This document shows positions 14,885 to 34,559 of a DNA stretch of 64,000 nucleotides, in pieces. The DNA is from the human T2T-CHM13v2.0 reference genome, Homo sapiens. Location of the stretch: NCBI RefSeq assembly GCF_009914755.1, contig NC_060925.1. One strand, given 5' to 3'. Under the pieces are notes generated by a model that was not told the DNA's origin, made no database searches, and saw only the letters and a list, made by a program, of their open reading frames with translations. Every line of letters begins with the position of its first letter. The stretch's first letter is position 1. Made by a program: the position numbers and the translations under genes.

Positions 14885-15663
14885 AATCCAAGGATAATTC
14901 TATCTAGGCCACTTGCATAGCAGCTTGATAGGAATCTTGATGGATCTTTTCTCACCGCCAGGTTGTAGTAATTATTATCAAGTAATTATTGCTTTTCACT
15001 TCTAGTTAGCACATGTGACATGAATGGCTGGCAGGTTTTCCAGCAGTGGAAAGCTTTTCTGCAAGAGCCTTCCTCAAAATTGAGAAGCTGAATTTCCGTG
15101 AATTGAAAACCTTCTTACAAAGAAAACTCCGGTCCCAGATGGCATCACCAGTAAATTCTGTCTTTCATTTAAGCAAGAAATAATACCCATCCTACAAAAT
15201 ACTCTTAGAAAGAGAGAGAGAATATTTGCAAATTGACTTTATGAGACCAGAATTACCCTGATACCAAAATCAAACGAAGACAGTAAGAAAAAAACCTAAC
15301 ACCAGTATGACCTATGAATTTAGACACAGAAGTCCTTACCAAAATAGTACATCAAATCTAAAGGTGTAAAAAGGGTAATGCACTGTCACGACCTCGTGAG
15401 ATCTGACCCAGGAATGCGATGTTGGTTTAATATTCACAAATCACTCTACTCAATTCATTCACCATTTTAACAAACTGAAAGAAAGACCATATCATATCAA
15501 AAAGCACGTTAAATCCGTACACCGTTTATGATTAAAAACTCAGCAAACTAGAACTGTAAGTGAACTTTTCAACTTGATAAAGTGCATTTATGAAAACTCA
15601 CAGCTAATATTAAATACTTAATGGAGAAAGACCAAACAGTTTTCTTCCTATGATCGGGAATAA

Positions 15664-15969
<306 letters not shown>

Positions 15970-16626
15970 AGAAAGGGCAGTTATATTCAGCTTTGTACTG
16001 GAGGTCCTATAGCAAGAAAAAGAAATAAAAGCCATTCCAATTAGAAAAAAATAAAACTTTTTGCAAATGACATGATTGTTTATAAATTAAGAGAATCTGA
16101 AGGAATCTACAAAATGCTATTAGAACTAGTGAGTTTAGCAAGGCCACAGGATACAAGGTCAGTATACAGAAAACAGTGTTTGTGAATACTAGCAATGGAT
16201 AATTGGAAAATGACATTTCAAATTCAGGAATAAATGAAATTTATTTCACTTACAATAGCTTATAAATTGGAATGCTTATACATTTAACAAAGTATGTGCA
16301 AAGCTGCACACTGAAATCTATAAAATATTACTGAAAGAAATGGAGAACTAAATAACTGAGAGATATAGTCTGTTCATGGATTGGAAGATGGAATATTGTT
16401 AAGATGTTAGTTCTCGCCAAATTGATCCATAGATCTAACACTATTCCATTCAAAATTTCAGTACTTTTTTAAATAAGTTAACAGGTTCTGTTCCCAGTTA
16501 TTCTGGAGGCTAAGGCAGGAGGATCACTTGAGCCCAGGAGTTCAAGACTGGCCTACACTGCATAGTGAGATCCTGTCTAAGAAACGCAGAGAGAAATAAA
16601 TTAACAGTTTAAAAATTTAAAATTTG

Positions 16627-16963
<337 letters not shown>

Positions 16964-17463
16964 CTAGAAGATAGCCAGTGAAATTGTTAGAAAGAACAAA
17001 CCGGAGGACTTACACTTCCTGATTTTAAGACTGAATTAATGCCGCAGGCCAAGTATGGTGGATTATGCCTATAATCCAAGCACTTAGGGAGGCTGTGGCA
17101 GGAGGACCACTGGAGCCCAGGAGTACAAGGTTACAGTGAGCTATGATCGTGCTGCTGCACTCCAGGCTGGGTGACAGAAAGAGACCCTGTCTCAAAAGAA
17201 ACAAAAAGAGACATGGAATCACCAATAATCAGTTGAGACGCTGAAATTTTTCTAAATTTTCAATGATAAAAAACAAATTTGAGTCAACCATGTTAGAGGA
17301 ATTATCTTTTCATTATCCCAATAGAAAGTGATATTGGATAATCATTGTCTTACGAAAAAGTGATCAAAGAGTATGCAGCCAAAAAATGTATCATAGAGCT
17401 CTCAGTATTGATACTAATAAGTAATTTTTCTGGATTTTGTGATATTTATGGTTTTTTTCTTCA

Positions 17464-17628
<165 letters not shown>

Positions 17629-17933
17629 TCAAAAGAAAAGGAAAGAAAAAAGGGAAGAAATAAAATGATTATCTCAATAGACACAGAAAAGGCCTTTAAC
17701 ATTCTTTCATGATTAAAAGCAAAACTCTCAGTAAACTAGGAATAGAAGAACTTCCTCAACATAATAAAAGGCATTTATGACAAACCTGCAGCTAACATCA
17801 TAGTGTTAAAAAGACTAAAATCTTCACCCTTCAATCAGGAACAAGACAAGGATGCTTACCTTCCCACTGCTATTCAACATAGTCCTGGAAGTTCTAACCA
17901 GAGGAATTAGACAAGAAAAATGTAAAAGGCATC

Positions 17934-18266
17934 TGCTGTCATTTTAATGTGTCCCCCAAAAAGCTTGTGTTAGAAATTTCATCTCCAATATGGTAGTGCT
18001 GGGAGGTGTTTAGGTCTTAAGGGCCCCAACTTCATGAACGAATTAATGTCAATTATAAAAGGTCTTGAGTCTGCAAAATTGAACTCTTGCTCTCTTTCAC
18101 CTTTTCTTTGCCCTTCCACCACGGGATGATGCAGCCAGAAGCCAGACGCCAGCCCCTCAATCGTGGACTTCCCAGGCTCCAGAACTACGAGCCAATAAAT
18201 TTCTGTTCATTATAAAATACCCGGTTTGTGGTATACTGTCACAGCAGCACAAAACAGACTAAGATG
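17934..18266 (+). mobile_element. MaLR solo LTR (MST/MLT1A-like)
   Basis: Ends ccaataaatttctgttc...agcagcacaaaacagactaagatg. 5-bp TSD gcatc on both sides, inside L1. Confidence 0.85.
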
Positions 18267-18546
18267 GCATCCAAATTGGAGAGAAAGAAGTAACACTGTT
18301 CACAGATGACACGTTCCTATATACAGAAAGACCCAAAAATTCACAAGAAAGCTACTCTAGCTGGTAAATGAATTCAGCAAAGTTGCAGGGTACAAGATAA
18401 ATACACAAAAAAACAGTTGTTTCTATATACCAGCAATTAACAATCCAAAAAAGATATTAAGAAGTCAATTCCAATTACCATCACATCTAAAAGAATAAAA
18501 TACCTAGGAATAGATGTAGCCAAGGAGGTGAAAGACTTGTACATTA

Positions 18547-19473
<927 letters not shown>

Positions 19474-20717
19474 CTCTGATGAAAGGAGACTAGAAGCAGT
19501 GGAAAGCTAACCCATGTTTATGCACAGAAAGACAGTATTGTTAAGATGTCAGTACCATCCAATGTACAGGTTCAATGTGATCCCCATCAAAATTCCAACA
19601 GCCTCTTAGCGCAAGAATGGAAAAGTCAGTTTTCAAATTTATATGGCACTACAAGAGGACCCCGATAGCCAAAACCACCTTGAAAAAGTTGGGGGACTCA
19701 CACTTCCCAATTTCAAAACTTTCTGTAGAGATACATTAGCCAAATCAGTGTGGTACTGCTATAAGGATAGACATATAGACCAGTGGAATAGAAGTGACAC
19801 TCCAGAAATAAACCCACACGTCTTTGGCCAGTTTATTTTTTGTGGGTATGACAAGTCTGATCAACGACCTAAATACAAGCTAAATCCATAAAACTCTGAA
19901 GGAAACATAAAAATGAATCTCCATAAATGTGGATTTGGCAATGTATTCTTAGCTATGACACCAAAAGCATGAATAATAATACACAGGTAAATTACATGTC
20001 ATCAGGGTTTTTTAACGGTGCATTAAAGAACATTGTCAAGAAAATGAAAAGATGACCCAAAGAATGGGAGGGAGTACTTGCAAATTACATAATAATAAGG
20101 GTTATGAAGAACTTACTCAACAAAAAGGTAAACATATACAGAGTCATGAAGAGTATATGAAGAGCTTCCTCAACAAAAAGACAAACAAATAATGGGCAAA
20201 GGACTTAAATACAGATTTATTCCAAGAAGATACACAAATGGCCAATAACACATGACAAGATGCTCAACGTCATTGGTCATGAGGAAAATACAAATCCAAA
20301 CCACAATGAGAATAATGAAATGATACATACTACAGCATGAGTGAATCTTGAAAAGATGTTACGCTATCTGAAATAAGCCAGATACAAATATCGTATGATT
20401 TAACTTACAGGAAATATCTATCATAGGCAAAATCAAAGAAACAAAATGTAAACTAGAGGTTACCAGAGGCTGGACGAACAAGGAAACGGGGAGTTACCAC
20501 TTGTTAGAGTGTTTGTGTTTCAGATGATAAAAAATTTTAGAAAACAGATGGTGGTGATGGAGGGTTGCATGACGTTGAATGTACTTAATGCCATGGAGTT
20601 GTACACTGAAAAATGGTGAAAATGGCAAATTTTATGTTACGTGTATTTTAACACACACACAGACTGACACTACCAAGTGTTGGTGAGGACATGGAACAAA
20701 TTTTCACAGACAGCTAG

Positions 20718-21672
<955 letters not shown>

Positions 21673-22207
21673 GACAGTTTCTTATAAAGCTAAATATGCA
21701 TCTATTGCATGACCCAGCAATTCCACAGCTAGATTTTTACCTAAGAGAGATGACAACGTGTCCACACAAATGTTCACAGCAGCTTTATCCATAACAGCCA
21801 AAAAATGGAAACACTCCAATATCCATCACCGATACAAGAGACTACTTACTATTCAGCAACAAAAAAGAACGATCTATGGACACATAAGTGACATAGATGG
21901 ATCTCAAAGTAATTTTTCTGGGTGAAAGAAGCCAGAAGCAACAGAGTACACATCACATGTTTCTGTTTATCTAAAGTTTTAGGAAATGCAAACCAATCCA
22001 TAGCAACAGAAACAGATCGGTGTTTCTCTGAGGGGCAAAGGATGGAGGGAGGATGAATATACATCTTTCAAAACTCATTGAGTTACGTACTTTATTTTTT
22101 ATTTTTCTTTTTTTCAGAATCACTTGGATTTGGAGAGCTGTGCACTTTAAATGAATGCAGTTATGTACATAAGTCATACCTCAATAAAGTTGTTAAAAAT
22201 ATGTTCA

Positions 22208-22610
<403 letters not shown>

Positions 22611-23346
22611 TTCAGTTTGTAGCCTTATGGGATCTCAAAGTAATATATGATGGCCAAGGGAACCCCTACTGTATGACAGAATATCTTATTTCCTTTCACT
22701 GTTTTTGCTTAGTTGGGTTAGAAAAAAAATTTTGGTGACCTCCAAGTACCAGCCCTCATTTGTGTAAGACCTAACTGCCCAACTAGCTACTTACATAGTG
22801 TTGCAATCCTCTTATTTTTCTTTATTTCTGTCTGAAGTCTCTCCACTGCTTTTAGATCCTTCTAGTTTCTTCTGAAATGTTGAGATGGCAATTTAAAACC
22901 ATGCTTTTTTTCTACTTGATGTGGCAGTCCAAATTCCAAATCCAATCTAATTATAGACATTCTGTAAGGACAACCTGATCTCCCTCTGGCCGGAATGCAT
23001 TGATCAAAAGTGAGGTTTCATGATTTTATTGCTTTTCTTAATTGCCTGGGATCAAGGGTCAGGAAGGAGAGATAGGCACTTAGGGAGTGGAGGCAGCTGA
23101 CATCATCCATCAGAATGACGACAGCCCATAAATGGCTGGTTCTTATTTTCCAAGTACAAGGTTGAGGGTTGGCAAAATCTCTACTAAACAAAGAAGAAGA
23201 AACTCTTTGCCTAAGCTTCCAATCTGCATAGGAACTTGGTCCTAAAGGGACTGTAAATGTAAATAATCTTTTCCCCCCACCTCTCCTCCCCACCCCCACC
23301 CCCAACCATTTCTTTTTCTTTTTTTTTCTTAAGTGGGAAAACCTAA

Positions 23347-23830
<484 letters not shown>

Positions 23831-25071
23831 CCTCATCTGTACAATTTCTAAGATAACTCCAAACTTTAAAATCCTCTTATTCTTTGAATATCCAGAAGTG
23901 TTCGACTTTCCACCGCTGAGAAAAGACAGCCTGGATGTCTGTACTTGGTGGGTGGGTGAGTGTAATCACTGGGTTGGGTAGGATGGGAGTTCTTTGAAGC
24001 TGTACATGGGGGTCAGAGGTGGAAGAAATGAAACGATCTGTAGAATTTGAAGCACTCGCTGTGCCCATAGCCCCCTTGTAAAGAAGAGCCTGCCACAGAT
24101 CGCTGCTTCTCAATAAGGTTTGATGCTTTTCCTTACATTATCCTGCAAACCTAGTCACAGGTGATTAGACTGGGGCACTGGGGCCTTGGCCTGATGCACG
24201 CCTTGAAGCTTGAACCTGAAGAAGGACAGTGACTTGGATGAGAACGGGTTCTTTGGGGGCAGTTTTTGTCTCTGGAACAACATAGAATCAGGAACTTTTG
24301 TGGAAGTATCTGCCCAGGCAGGTCATGTCTCAGATGATTTCGGTTTGGAGCACGGAGTCTGTATCTGGCCGTGGCAGTCAGAAGAAGCAGACGCTGGGGC
24401 CGTTGTCAGGGAAACAGCATAAGGCTGAAGAGTCTAGAAGCAGCAGAACCACTAGACAGCCAGAAAGGCTCGCTCTTGAGAGCCACCAAGAGCTAGAACC
24501 CAAACAACGTTCCAGTTCTGGAGGACCTGGCCCCGGGAGCATACTACCCCTTGTTATATGTGCTCCTTACACAGGCAACCTGGGAAAGAGTCTAGTTCCT
24601 GCCCCTGGAGACCAGCTGCAGCACAGATGTTGTGTGTAAGCCTTGTCTGGCTCTTTAAAGTTGTGTTATTTGGGGATTATTGGGCAGTGTTAATTTGCTC
24701 TGTTGTATCAGAGATGAGGCTGGGCTCCGAGCAGTTTCAGTGACTTACTTGAGACCAAGAGCAGCACAGCTGACGGAGGATTTTCCACTTCAAATTTGAG
24801 AAGTTGAAAATACCTGTAGGGCATTTCTCCTGGGATCACCACTGCATCCTTCTCCTCCTGCTCTTTTGTGACCTAGAACTTTGTGCCTTTGATCACTGTT
24901 ACTCTGGGTCTTACACATGGAAAAAGACAACAGAGGCAGTTACTGTGTATCTGCAGGCCACGGGCAGTGAGGCAGTTAGCATGGAGTTGTCCTGTGTTTG
25001 TGTGAGTTTCTCTGGGGGGTCCTGGTAAGAAGGCAGAGGGTTTCCCTGGCAGACCTGTGTCTGTTCTGTGC

Positions 25072-25206
25072 CTAGGGCTGCCAGATGAAATACAGGATGC
25101 TCAGGGATTGCACCAGACATTCTTGGACTAAAAATAATTTGTTTATCTTAAATGCAAACTTAATTGGGCATCCTATATTTTTTGTCTGCTAAGTCTGGCA
25201 ATTCTG
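25072..25206. mobile_element. MER53-like MITE
   Basis: Terminal inverted repeats agggctgccaga...tctggcaattct, with aaatacaggatgc inside. Confidence 0.7.
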
Positions 25207-26343
25207 TCAGTGCCACAGTGTGTTATAGAAGCTGAAGACCACAGGAGACAGGGTCATCAGGGCCAGAGGAGCAGAGGGGATCCGTCTCCAGAAGCAGCCT
25301 TCAGCCCCCATCGTAGTTCCTAAGCAGCCCAGGGTCTTGAGTCTGCAAACAGAAGACGGTATCGGCACAGCCATGACAGCAGTACGTCTGCAAAGGGCAG
25401 GATGTGATCACAATGCGTTGGCATTTGTGGAACAAGACTCTGAGTCTGCAGAATTTAAACCGTTTTTAATCTTTCACAAAAGTGGAAATGTAGTCATAGC
25501 TTAGAATGTGATGAAAAAAAACCCCAAAAACTGAGTACTCTACCTGAAGTGAAAAACCTTCTGAACGTGGCTGTGTGTGCTGTTTGTCCTATAGTGGCAG
25601 TCACGGTGGCCCAAATTCACAGAATTGTGTGTGTCACTCCTAGTTTGCAGATAGCACCAGCTAAAAACACAGTTAGGAGATATGGCCTATAATTGCCATT
25701 TGTTCTGGCTCTTAGATCATCTTATTTTTATTCCGATCTTGTTCCAGAGATGAGATTGCTGGCTGCACCTAGCCGACACTCAATGATTCACTGTGAAAAA
25801 AGATGGCGTTTTCGCTTGCCCTGTTCCTAGGCTTAGCTTCCATTGCCTCTGCTTGTCAGCAACAGCTGTTGGCCCCTCTGCCCTTGCGGGACCAGCTCCT
25901 CTGGATGAGCGCTTTCGTCTTTGTCCGACCCTCTTTCAGGACAGCAACTCCCACTTGGTGTTAAACATCATTGCTCATAAATAGAAGTGCATTTGGATTA
26001 GCTGTGGCCAAGGTCCATCTGGTCTCTTTCCTTCTGCATAGAGTGATGAATTGGCTAAAGGACAAGAAGGGAAGGGTAGAGCAGCTGGTGAGGCGGTCAC
26101 CACAGAACCAAGCCTTGTCTGTGTGCGATGCAGGTTTCCTTGTGCAGAATGAGCTTGAGTGACCCGGGAGGCACCCTCCCCTACAGCCCCTTGGCCATTG
26201 TGGGAAGGAAAAGCAGATTCTAATACAGGACACAGCAAACATCATGTTTGTCTTCATGTCTGCAAAGCATGCTGGATTTGTCCAAGGAAAAAGCAAGTAA
26301 AAATAGAGAAAAAGGAAATGAGCACTCATTTTAGAAATAATGC

Positions 26344-26743
26344 TTTTTTTTTTTTTTTTGAGACGGGGTTGCCCAGGTCTGAGTGCAGTAGCGTGACCAC
26401 AGCTCACTGCTGTCTCCATCTCCCACTGCACCCAGTGAGACAATGGCTTTTTTTTTTTTTTGAGACAGTCTCACTCTGTTGCCCAGGCTGGAGTGCAGTG
26501 GTGTGATCTTGGCTCACTGAAACCTCTGCCTCCTGGGTTCAAGTGATTCTCCTGCCTCAGCCTCCCGAGTAGCTGGGATTACAGGCATGTGCCACCACAC
26601 CCAGCTAATATTTGTATTTTTAGTAAAGACAGGGTTTCACCATGTTGGCCAGGCTGCTGTCTCAAACTCCTGACCTCAAGTGATCTGCCCGCCTGGACTT
26701 CCCAAAGTGCTGGGATTACAGGTGTGAGCCACCGTGCCCAGCC
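26344..26743 (-). mobile_element. Alu fragment plus AluS (26447-26743)
   Basis: Two poly-T-led antisense Alu segments. Confidence 0.88.
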
Positions 26744-28849
26744 GAGATAATGTATATTGATGAGTATGTACACATGTGTGTATTTTTTCTTTTAGCTAGT
26801 GACGAGTCTGGCAGGCCATAAACACTTAAGGGATCAATAATTTAATAATAAACACAAATGGAATTGTTGCAAGCATAAAAGAACAAAAATCTGCAAATGG
26901 AGGCCTGGGAGAGGGCAGGCTCTGGGGGAGATGGGAGCCAGCTGTCAGTAAAAGCCTTCACCAACAGGCTTTTGCTCTGTGGCTGCAGTTCCCTTTCCCA
27001 GCAGCCCCGAGGTGGGTCTCCAGGGAGCCCTCCACAGCAGCCCTTCTGTGACCTCATGCGCTGATGGTTGTCTCAGCTACAGGAGTGGAAGGCGCAGCCA
27101 AGCAGCCGCTGGTATTTCTGTGTTGCATATGGGCTGGGGTCCCTCCTGTCCTTCTCTCCTACACGATCCCAGATCTGATTTCTAATGGTGTTGTATTTCC
27201 TCCCTAAATCATTTTTCAATAGTATTTTTGTTCTTCTGTGGGATACAGAAGAACTTTTTTTTCCTATTGCAATAAGGACAAGTAAACAAGTCAGAAGCCT
27301 CAGAAGACCTCAAGAGAGAAATCACAGCCTTCAATTCCTGGTCCCTTTCTGAAACCTCAGCTCTTGATTCACTTAATTTCAAGGAGAATTGTTTTATGAC
27401 TACGCCAAGCTGACCCAAAGACCCCTGGGAAGCACGTGGCCCATCAGAGGGAAGGGCTAGGCCCTGGGGCTGGAAAGGATGCAGAGCCTGTTTTCAACAA
27501 TTACGTCTACATTTTCCAAGAGATTAAACCGATTGGAAGCCAAGCATTGGAGAAGAGATCTTTTGTCTTCCTTGGCAACATTTCTGAAATCTACAGATAG
27601 GGATGAGGAAGTGAGGCACATTTTTCATCTGTTCCAACAAACTGCCAATGGAATGGCTGACATGCCATTTTAGTGTATGTCATCTCTCCCGTGTTCCGTC
27701 ATCACTGAGGGTCAGCTGGGCCCTGCCCTTGAATACAGCACAGGGCTGGTGTCATGGAGCCGGCCTTCCTTACACTAATGAACCGCAGGAGCCTCCCCTT
27801 GTCCCTTGCCTGGGGGGAACTAATGGCATTGCAGGGCAAAGGCTCAGCAGGGACCCTGTAGATAGAGGATAGATCGGCACCCAGGTGTCTTACAGGGTGG
27901 ACCCCATGCTGGCAGGGTGGGAAGCCAGAGAAAAGAGGCTTGGAAGAAGCAAAGGGAACTCTCAAGAGGGTGCAGAGATGAACGTGGCTTGCACCTGGAG
28001 AATTCCCAGCCAATCTGAGCTTGACGCCCCTCTCCTTTCCACCAATCAGATGGCACTACCACCTCCTCCTAATTCCTCTACCAATGAAAACTAGGTTCCT
28101 TTACCTTATCCACCAATCAGGGCTTTGGACAAAGAATAATCTTATCAAACCCCACATGGATTCACACGCATCTGGTAGCTTGGTTGTTGGTAAGTCTCTG
28201 CATGGCAAGCTGGGTCTCCAAGTCTTTATTGTTATGCTTCTATCGTTTGGAGGCAGAAGGGGAGATGGGAGAGCTAAAAGCCCAGGTCCCTTTCTTCCCT
28301 GAAAACCCTGAAAAAAGTTTCTGCCTATGTGAAAAAGAAGGGGTTTAGTGGACAGTCATCATAAGCCAACAGTGATATGTGGGCGTCATGCTAATGCCGT
28401 GGCTTAGGCTGCACTGATACACATTTATCAAACCAATACATTGCCAACGGAATGGCTGACACGCCGCTTTAATGTATGTCATGTCTGTGTTCGGTGAGCG
28501 CAGTGATGTCCTTCAAGGAAGGACTTGTTGCCTTGGCTGCTGCGCTGCCATGAGCGGGGCTCTGACTATGGTGAGATTAGCTGGTGACCTCGCACCCGTC
28601 ATACCAGTTGGGCTGTAATGACTCCTAGAGACAGTCGCTCAAGATAGCTCTGTGTGTTTGTTTCATAAATAAGCTCCATGGCAAATTCGCATTGTTTTTC
28701 CCCAAATAAGCAATTCCGAAGGCTGGGCCTTCACTGAGAGCTTGCATCTCTGCATAAACTGCCTCTGGGCTTTGGGACCTGCTTTAGCTTCCAGGAGCTG
28801 CTCTTCAAGACCACATTCCTCCCCAGAGCAGCCCTGTCAACATCCAGGG

Positions 28850-29095
28850 ACAGATGAAAGCCCGAGTATGAAGACCTGACCATCTCCCCCGAAATCAGGA
28901 AACTCTGAAGAGCATTCTAGCTCCAAAGATTCCTGTGGGTTGGCTGGGGCTGTCCTTGGACCTGTAGTACAGCCCAGGTCCTCCCACTGCCCACACCCGC
29001 TCTTGCCTCCTCTCTTACACAGGTGTTGGTCTGAGGGCACTTGTACAGGCTAAACTCCATCTGAGTCCGCTTCCCAGGAAAACCAGCCTGCAGGG
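28850..29095 (+). mobile_element. Old ERVL-type LTR fragment (family uncertain)
   Basis: acaggtgttggtc...ctaaactccatctgagtccgcttcccaggaaaacc resembles ERVL LTR 3' ends. Confidence 0.5.
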
Positions 29096-29182
29096 AAACC
29101 ATGCCAGTTCTCTGTGCTACTTGCATCTCCCTTGCAGAGCTGCCTTCAGAATCTGGACAAAGATTTTGGTCAATTTATAAAG

Positions 29183-29500
29183 TTTATTTTATTTATTTAT
29201 TTATTTTTTGAAATGGAATCTCACTCTGTCGCCCAGGCTGGAGTACAGTGACGCGATCTTGGCCCTCTGCAGCCTGCGCCTCCCGAGTTCAGGTGATTCT
29301 CGTGCCTCAGCTTCCCCAGTAGCTGGCACTACAGGCACGTGCCACCACACCCAGCTAATTTTTCTTCTTTTTGTATTTTTAGTAGGGATGGGGTTTCACC
29401 ATGTTGGCCAGGCTGGTCTCTAACTCCTGACCTCAAGTGACCTGCCCGCTTTGGCCTCCCAAAGTGCTGGGATTACAGGCGTGAGCCACCACGCCCAGCC
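29183..29500 (-). mobile_element. AluS
   Basis: TSD aatttataaagttt. Confidence 0.9.
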
Positions 29501-29671
29501 TAATTTATAAAGTTTCTGTTTGTCAAAGCTGGCTGAAATGTGATAGACATCTTCTGAAGGTGAGGTCATCTTCTAAGGAAGATGTTCAAAGGAAAACTGA
29601 CTATTGGAAAGATAAGGGATGGGTGAGGGGTGAAATCAGGAATCTTGCGGGCAGATGGACGAGATGCCCTC

Positions 29672-30117
29672 TGTCAGACCTCTGAGGCCAAGCTAAGCCA
29701 TCATATCCCCTGTGACCCTCACGTATACATCCAGATGGCCTGAAGCAACTGAAGATCCACAGAATAAGTGAAAATAGCCACTTATTAGTTCCTGCCTCAA
29801 CTGATGACATTCCACCATTGTGACTTGTTCCTGCCCCACCCTAACTGATCAATTGACTTTGTGACATTCCTTCTCCTGGACAATGAATCTCAGGAGCTCC
29901 CCACCAGCACCTTGTGACCCCCGCCCCTGCCCGCAAGAGAACACCCCCTTTCACTGTAATTTTCCACGACCTGCCCGAATCCTATAAAACTGCCTCACCC
30001 CGATCTCCCTTTGCTGACTCCTTTTACGGACTCAGTCTGCCTGCATCCAGGTGATTAAAAGCTTTATTGCTCACACGAAGCCTGTTTGGTGGTCTCTTCT
30101 CAAGGACGCGCATGACA
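29672..30117 (+). mobile_element. LTR7-family (HERV-H) solo LTR, complete
   Basis: TGTCAGACCTCTGAGGCCAAGCTAAGCCATC...GGACGCGCATGACA. Perfect 5-bp TSD ccctc. Internal TATAAAA and ATTAAA. Confidence 0.92.
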
Positions 30118-30234
30118 CCCTCCAGGGTCTAATCATACATCAAGATCTTAATATCCCAAGATTAACTGTACCCCAGATATCTAGTACCCTTCAGCATACA
30201 TCCATCCCAGTGTTCTAAAATATCATGTTTATAA

Positions 30235-30570
<336 letters not shown>

Positions 30571-30926
30571 AAATAAATAAAAAAAAAAAACAAGAAGAAA
30601 AAGAAAAGGAACAATCGTACAGTTATAGAATTGTAACTGCTAAAGAAGCAAGCTAGTAGCCTGTTAAAATAATACTGCCTTCCTAAATCTAGCAGCTATG
30701 AATATATCCATTCTATTATATCCACTCTACATTAAGTAATCTAGGTAAGCTTAACATTGGCCAGAAGTAGAGCACACACGTGTGTATATTCACACATAAT
30801 CTATGTTCACATACCCAAGAGACAAGGAGAGTTACTAGAATTAATAGGATAACTGTATTTTCTGGGAATAGTATTTAATTTAAGTATCCCCAGAAAATAC
30901 AGTTTTTTTTTAAAAGACTGCTATGA

Positions 30927-31295
<369 letters not shown>

Positions 31296-31567
31296 AAACA
31301 ATATTCATTGGTTTCCAGTTACATAAGAAGTGTTAAGTGTTGCAGTCATTGATTTGGGAAGAATGTGTCCTTGTCCAAGTCACAACCCCACCTCCTAAAG
31401 AGGAAGCATTTTGGTAAGACATGTAAGCTGTGCTGCAGTAATGCTGATGCCACAAAGCATGGGCGCCATCATCCCAAGGAGTAAGCTCATGCCCAGCTCC
31501 ATCTTGGGCCAGCTATGTGACCTTGGACAAGTCACTCAACCTCTCTAAGCTCCATTTCCTCATGTGT

Positions 31568-31892
31568 TGTCAGGCCTCTGAGCCCAAGCTAAGCCATCGT
31601 ATCCCCTGTGACCTGCATGTACACATCCAGATGGCCTGAAGCAACTGAAGATCCACAAAAGCAGTGAAAATAGCCTTAACTGACGACATCCCACCATTGT
31701 GATTTGTTCCTGCCCCACCCTAACTAATACGATATATTCTCCCCCGCCCTTGACAATGTATTTTGTACGCCCATCCCAAACCTATACGAACTAATGATAA
31801 TCCCACCATCCTTTGCTGACTCCTTTTTCAGACTCAGCCCACCTGCACCCCGGTGAAATAAACAGCCTTGTTGCTCACACAAAGCCTGTTTG
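31568..31892 (+). mobile_element. LTR7-family (HERV-H) solo LTR, 3'-truncated, inserted in a MIR
   Basis: TGTCAGGCCTCTGAGCCCAAGCTAAGCC...gctcacacaaagcctgtttg. The last ~25 bp present in the upstream copy are missing. MIR core lies immediately upstream. Confidence 0.9.
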
Positions 31893-32363
31893 CTAGTATG
31901 AGATGTGGACGATAGTCACGACATTTACCTTATTTGGTTGGCATCACCATGTGGTCGCTTGTGGAAGCTTTTGCCCCTATCTTCATAACTGTTACGGGCA
32001 TTCCCCAAAGCCACCCTGAATAAGTATGCAATCTAAGTCCAAGCACCATGTTTTCTTGGCACTTGCATCTCCCCCGTCCAATTAGACTGCAGCCCTTAAG
32101 CCCCTTGTGTATAGAACTCTGACTGCTGACTTCTCAGAGCAGTGGCTGAGGCTCTGCACATGTGTGAGCTCCAGGCGCCACACCGCCCCCGATGGACAGT
32201 CCCCTGAAGGAAATGAACCCTCAGTGGTCGGAAGCACCATTGCCCCTCTGAGTCCCTGACTCCGGCTCAGGGGACATTTCCCGCCAGTGTGATGGCGACT
32301 GGGTGTTTGCAGCCTGACCTGTCTACTCGTGGGAGTAGAAGACCCCTCAGAAGCAGAGCGAGC

Positions 32364-32663
32364 GGCCGAGCGTGGTGGCTCACGCCTGTAATTCCAGCAC
32401 TTTGGGAGGCCAAGGCAGGCAGATCCCGAGGTCAGGAGTTCAAGACCAGCCTGGTCAATATGGTGAAACCCCGTCTTTACTAAAAATACAAAAATTAGCT
32501 GAGCATGGTGGCGGGCACCTGTAATCCCATCTACTCAGGAAGCTGAGCCAGAAGAATCGTTTGAACCCAGGAGACAGAGGCTACAGTGAGCCGAGATCAC
32601 GCCACTGCACCCCAGCCTGGGAGACAGAGTGGGACTCCATCTCAAAAAAAAAAAAAAAAAAAA
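32364..32663 (+). mobile_element. AluS
   Basis: TSD-like aagcagagcgagc / aagtagagtgagc. Confidence 0.9.
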
Positions 32664-33047
32664 GTAGAGTGAGCCCCGTTGAGGGCTGTGTGGTGAGGGA
32701 ACAACTTTGGCCTGCTACAAAAAAGCAGGACAGAGACTGCAGAATCAAACTTTTAACTTAAAACTTCAGATTTAAACAACTTTGGAGGAATACATAAGCA
32801 AAACATCTCCCTCCTTTACCACAGAAATGTTTTACATATCCCTGTGGCCTCAATTAGTGTTTTTTCTTTTTTTACATTTGAGATATAATTCATATACCAT
32901 AAAATTCAAAAACTTAGTGAACAATTCTGTGGTTTTTAGTATATTCATGTAACCTGTGTATAAAGTTTCTTCCCCATAGTTATAGTATGTACACTTTTTT
33001 TTTTTTTGGCTATTTTCTTCACTTTGCCTAATTTCATCCTCATATTC

Positions 33048-34555
<1,508 letters not shown>

Positions 34556-34559
34556 AGTT

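Noticed and set aside
19643-19891. 82-aa ORF with GGLTLPNFK and WYCYKDRHIDQWNR
   Set aside because: A decayed L1 ORF2 remnant, not a host gene.
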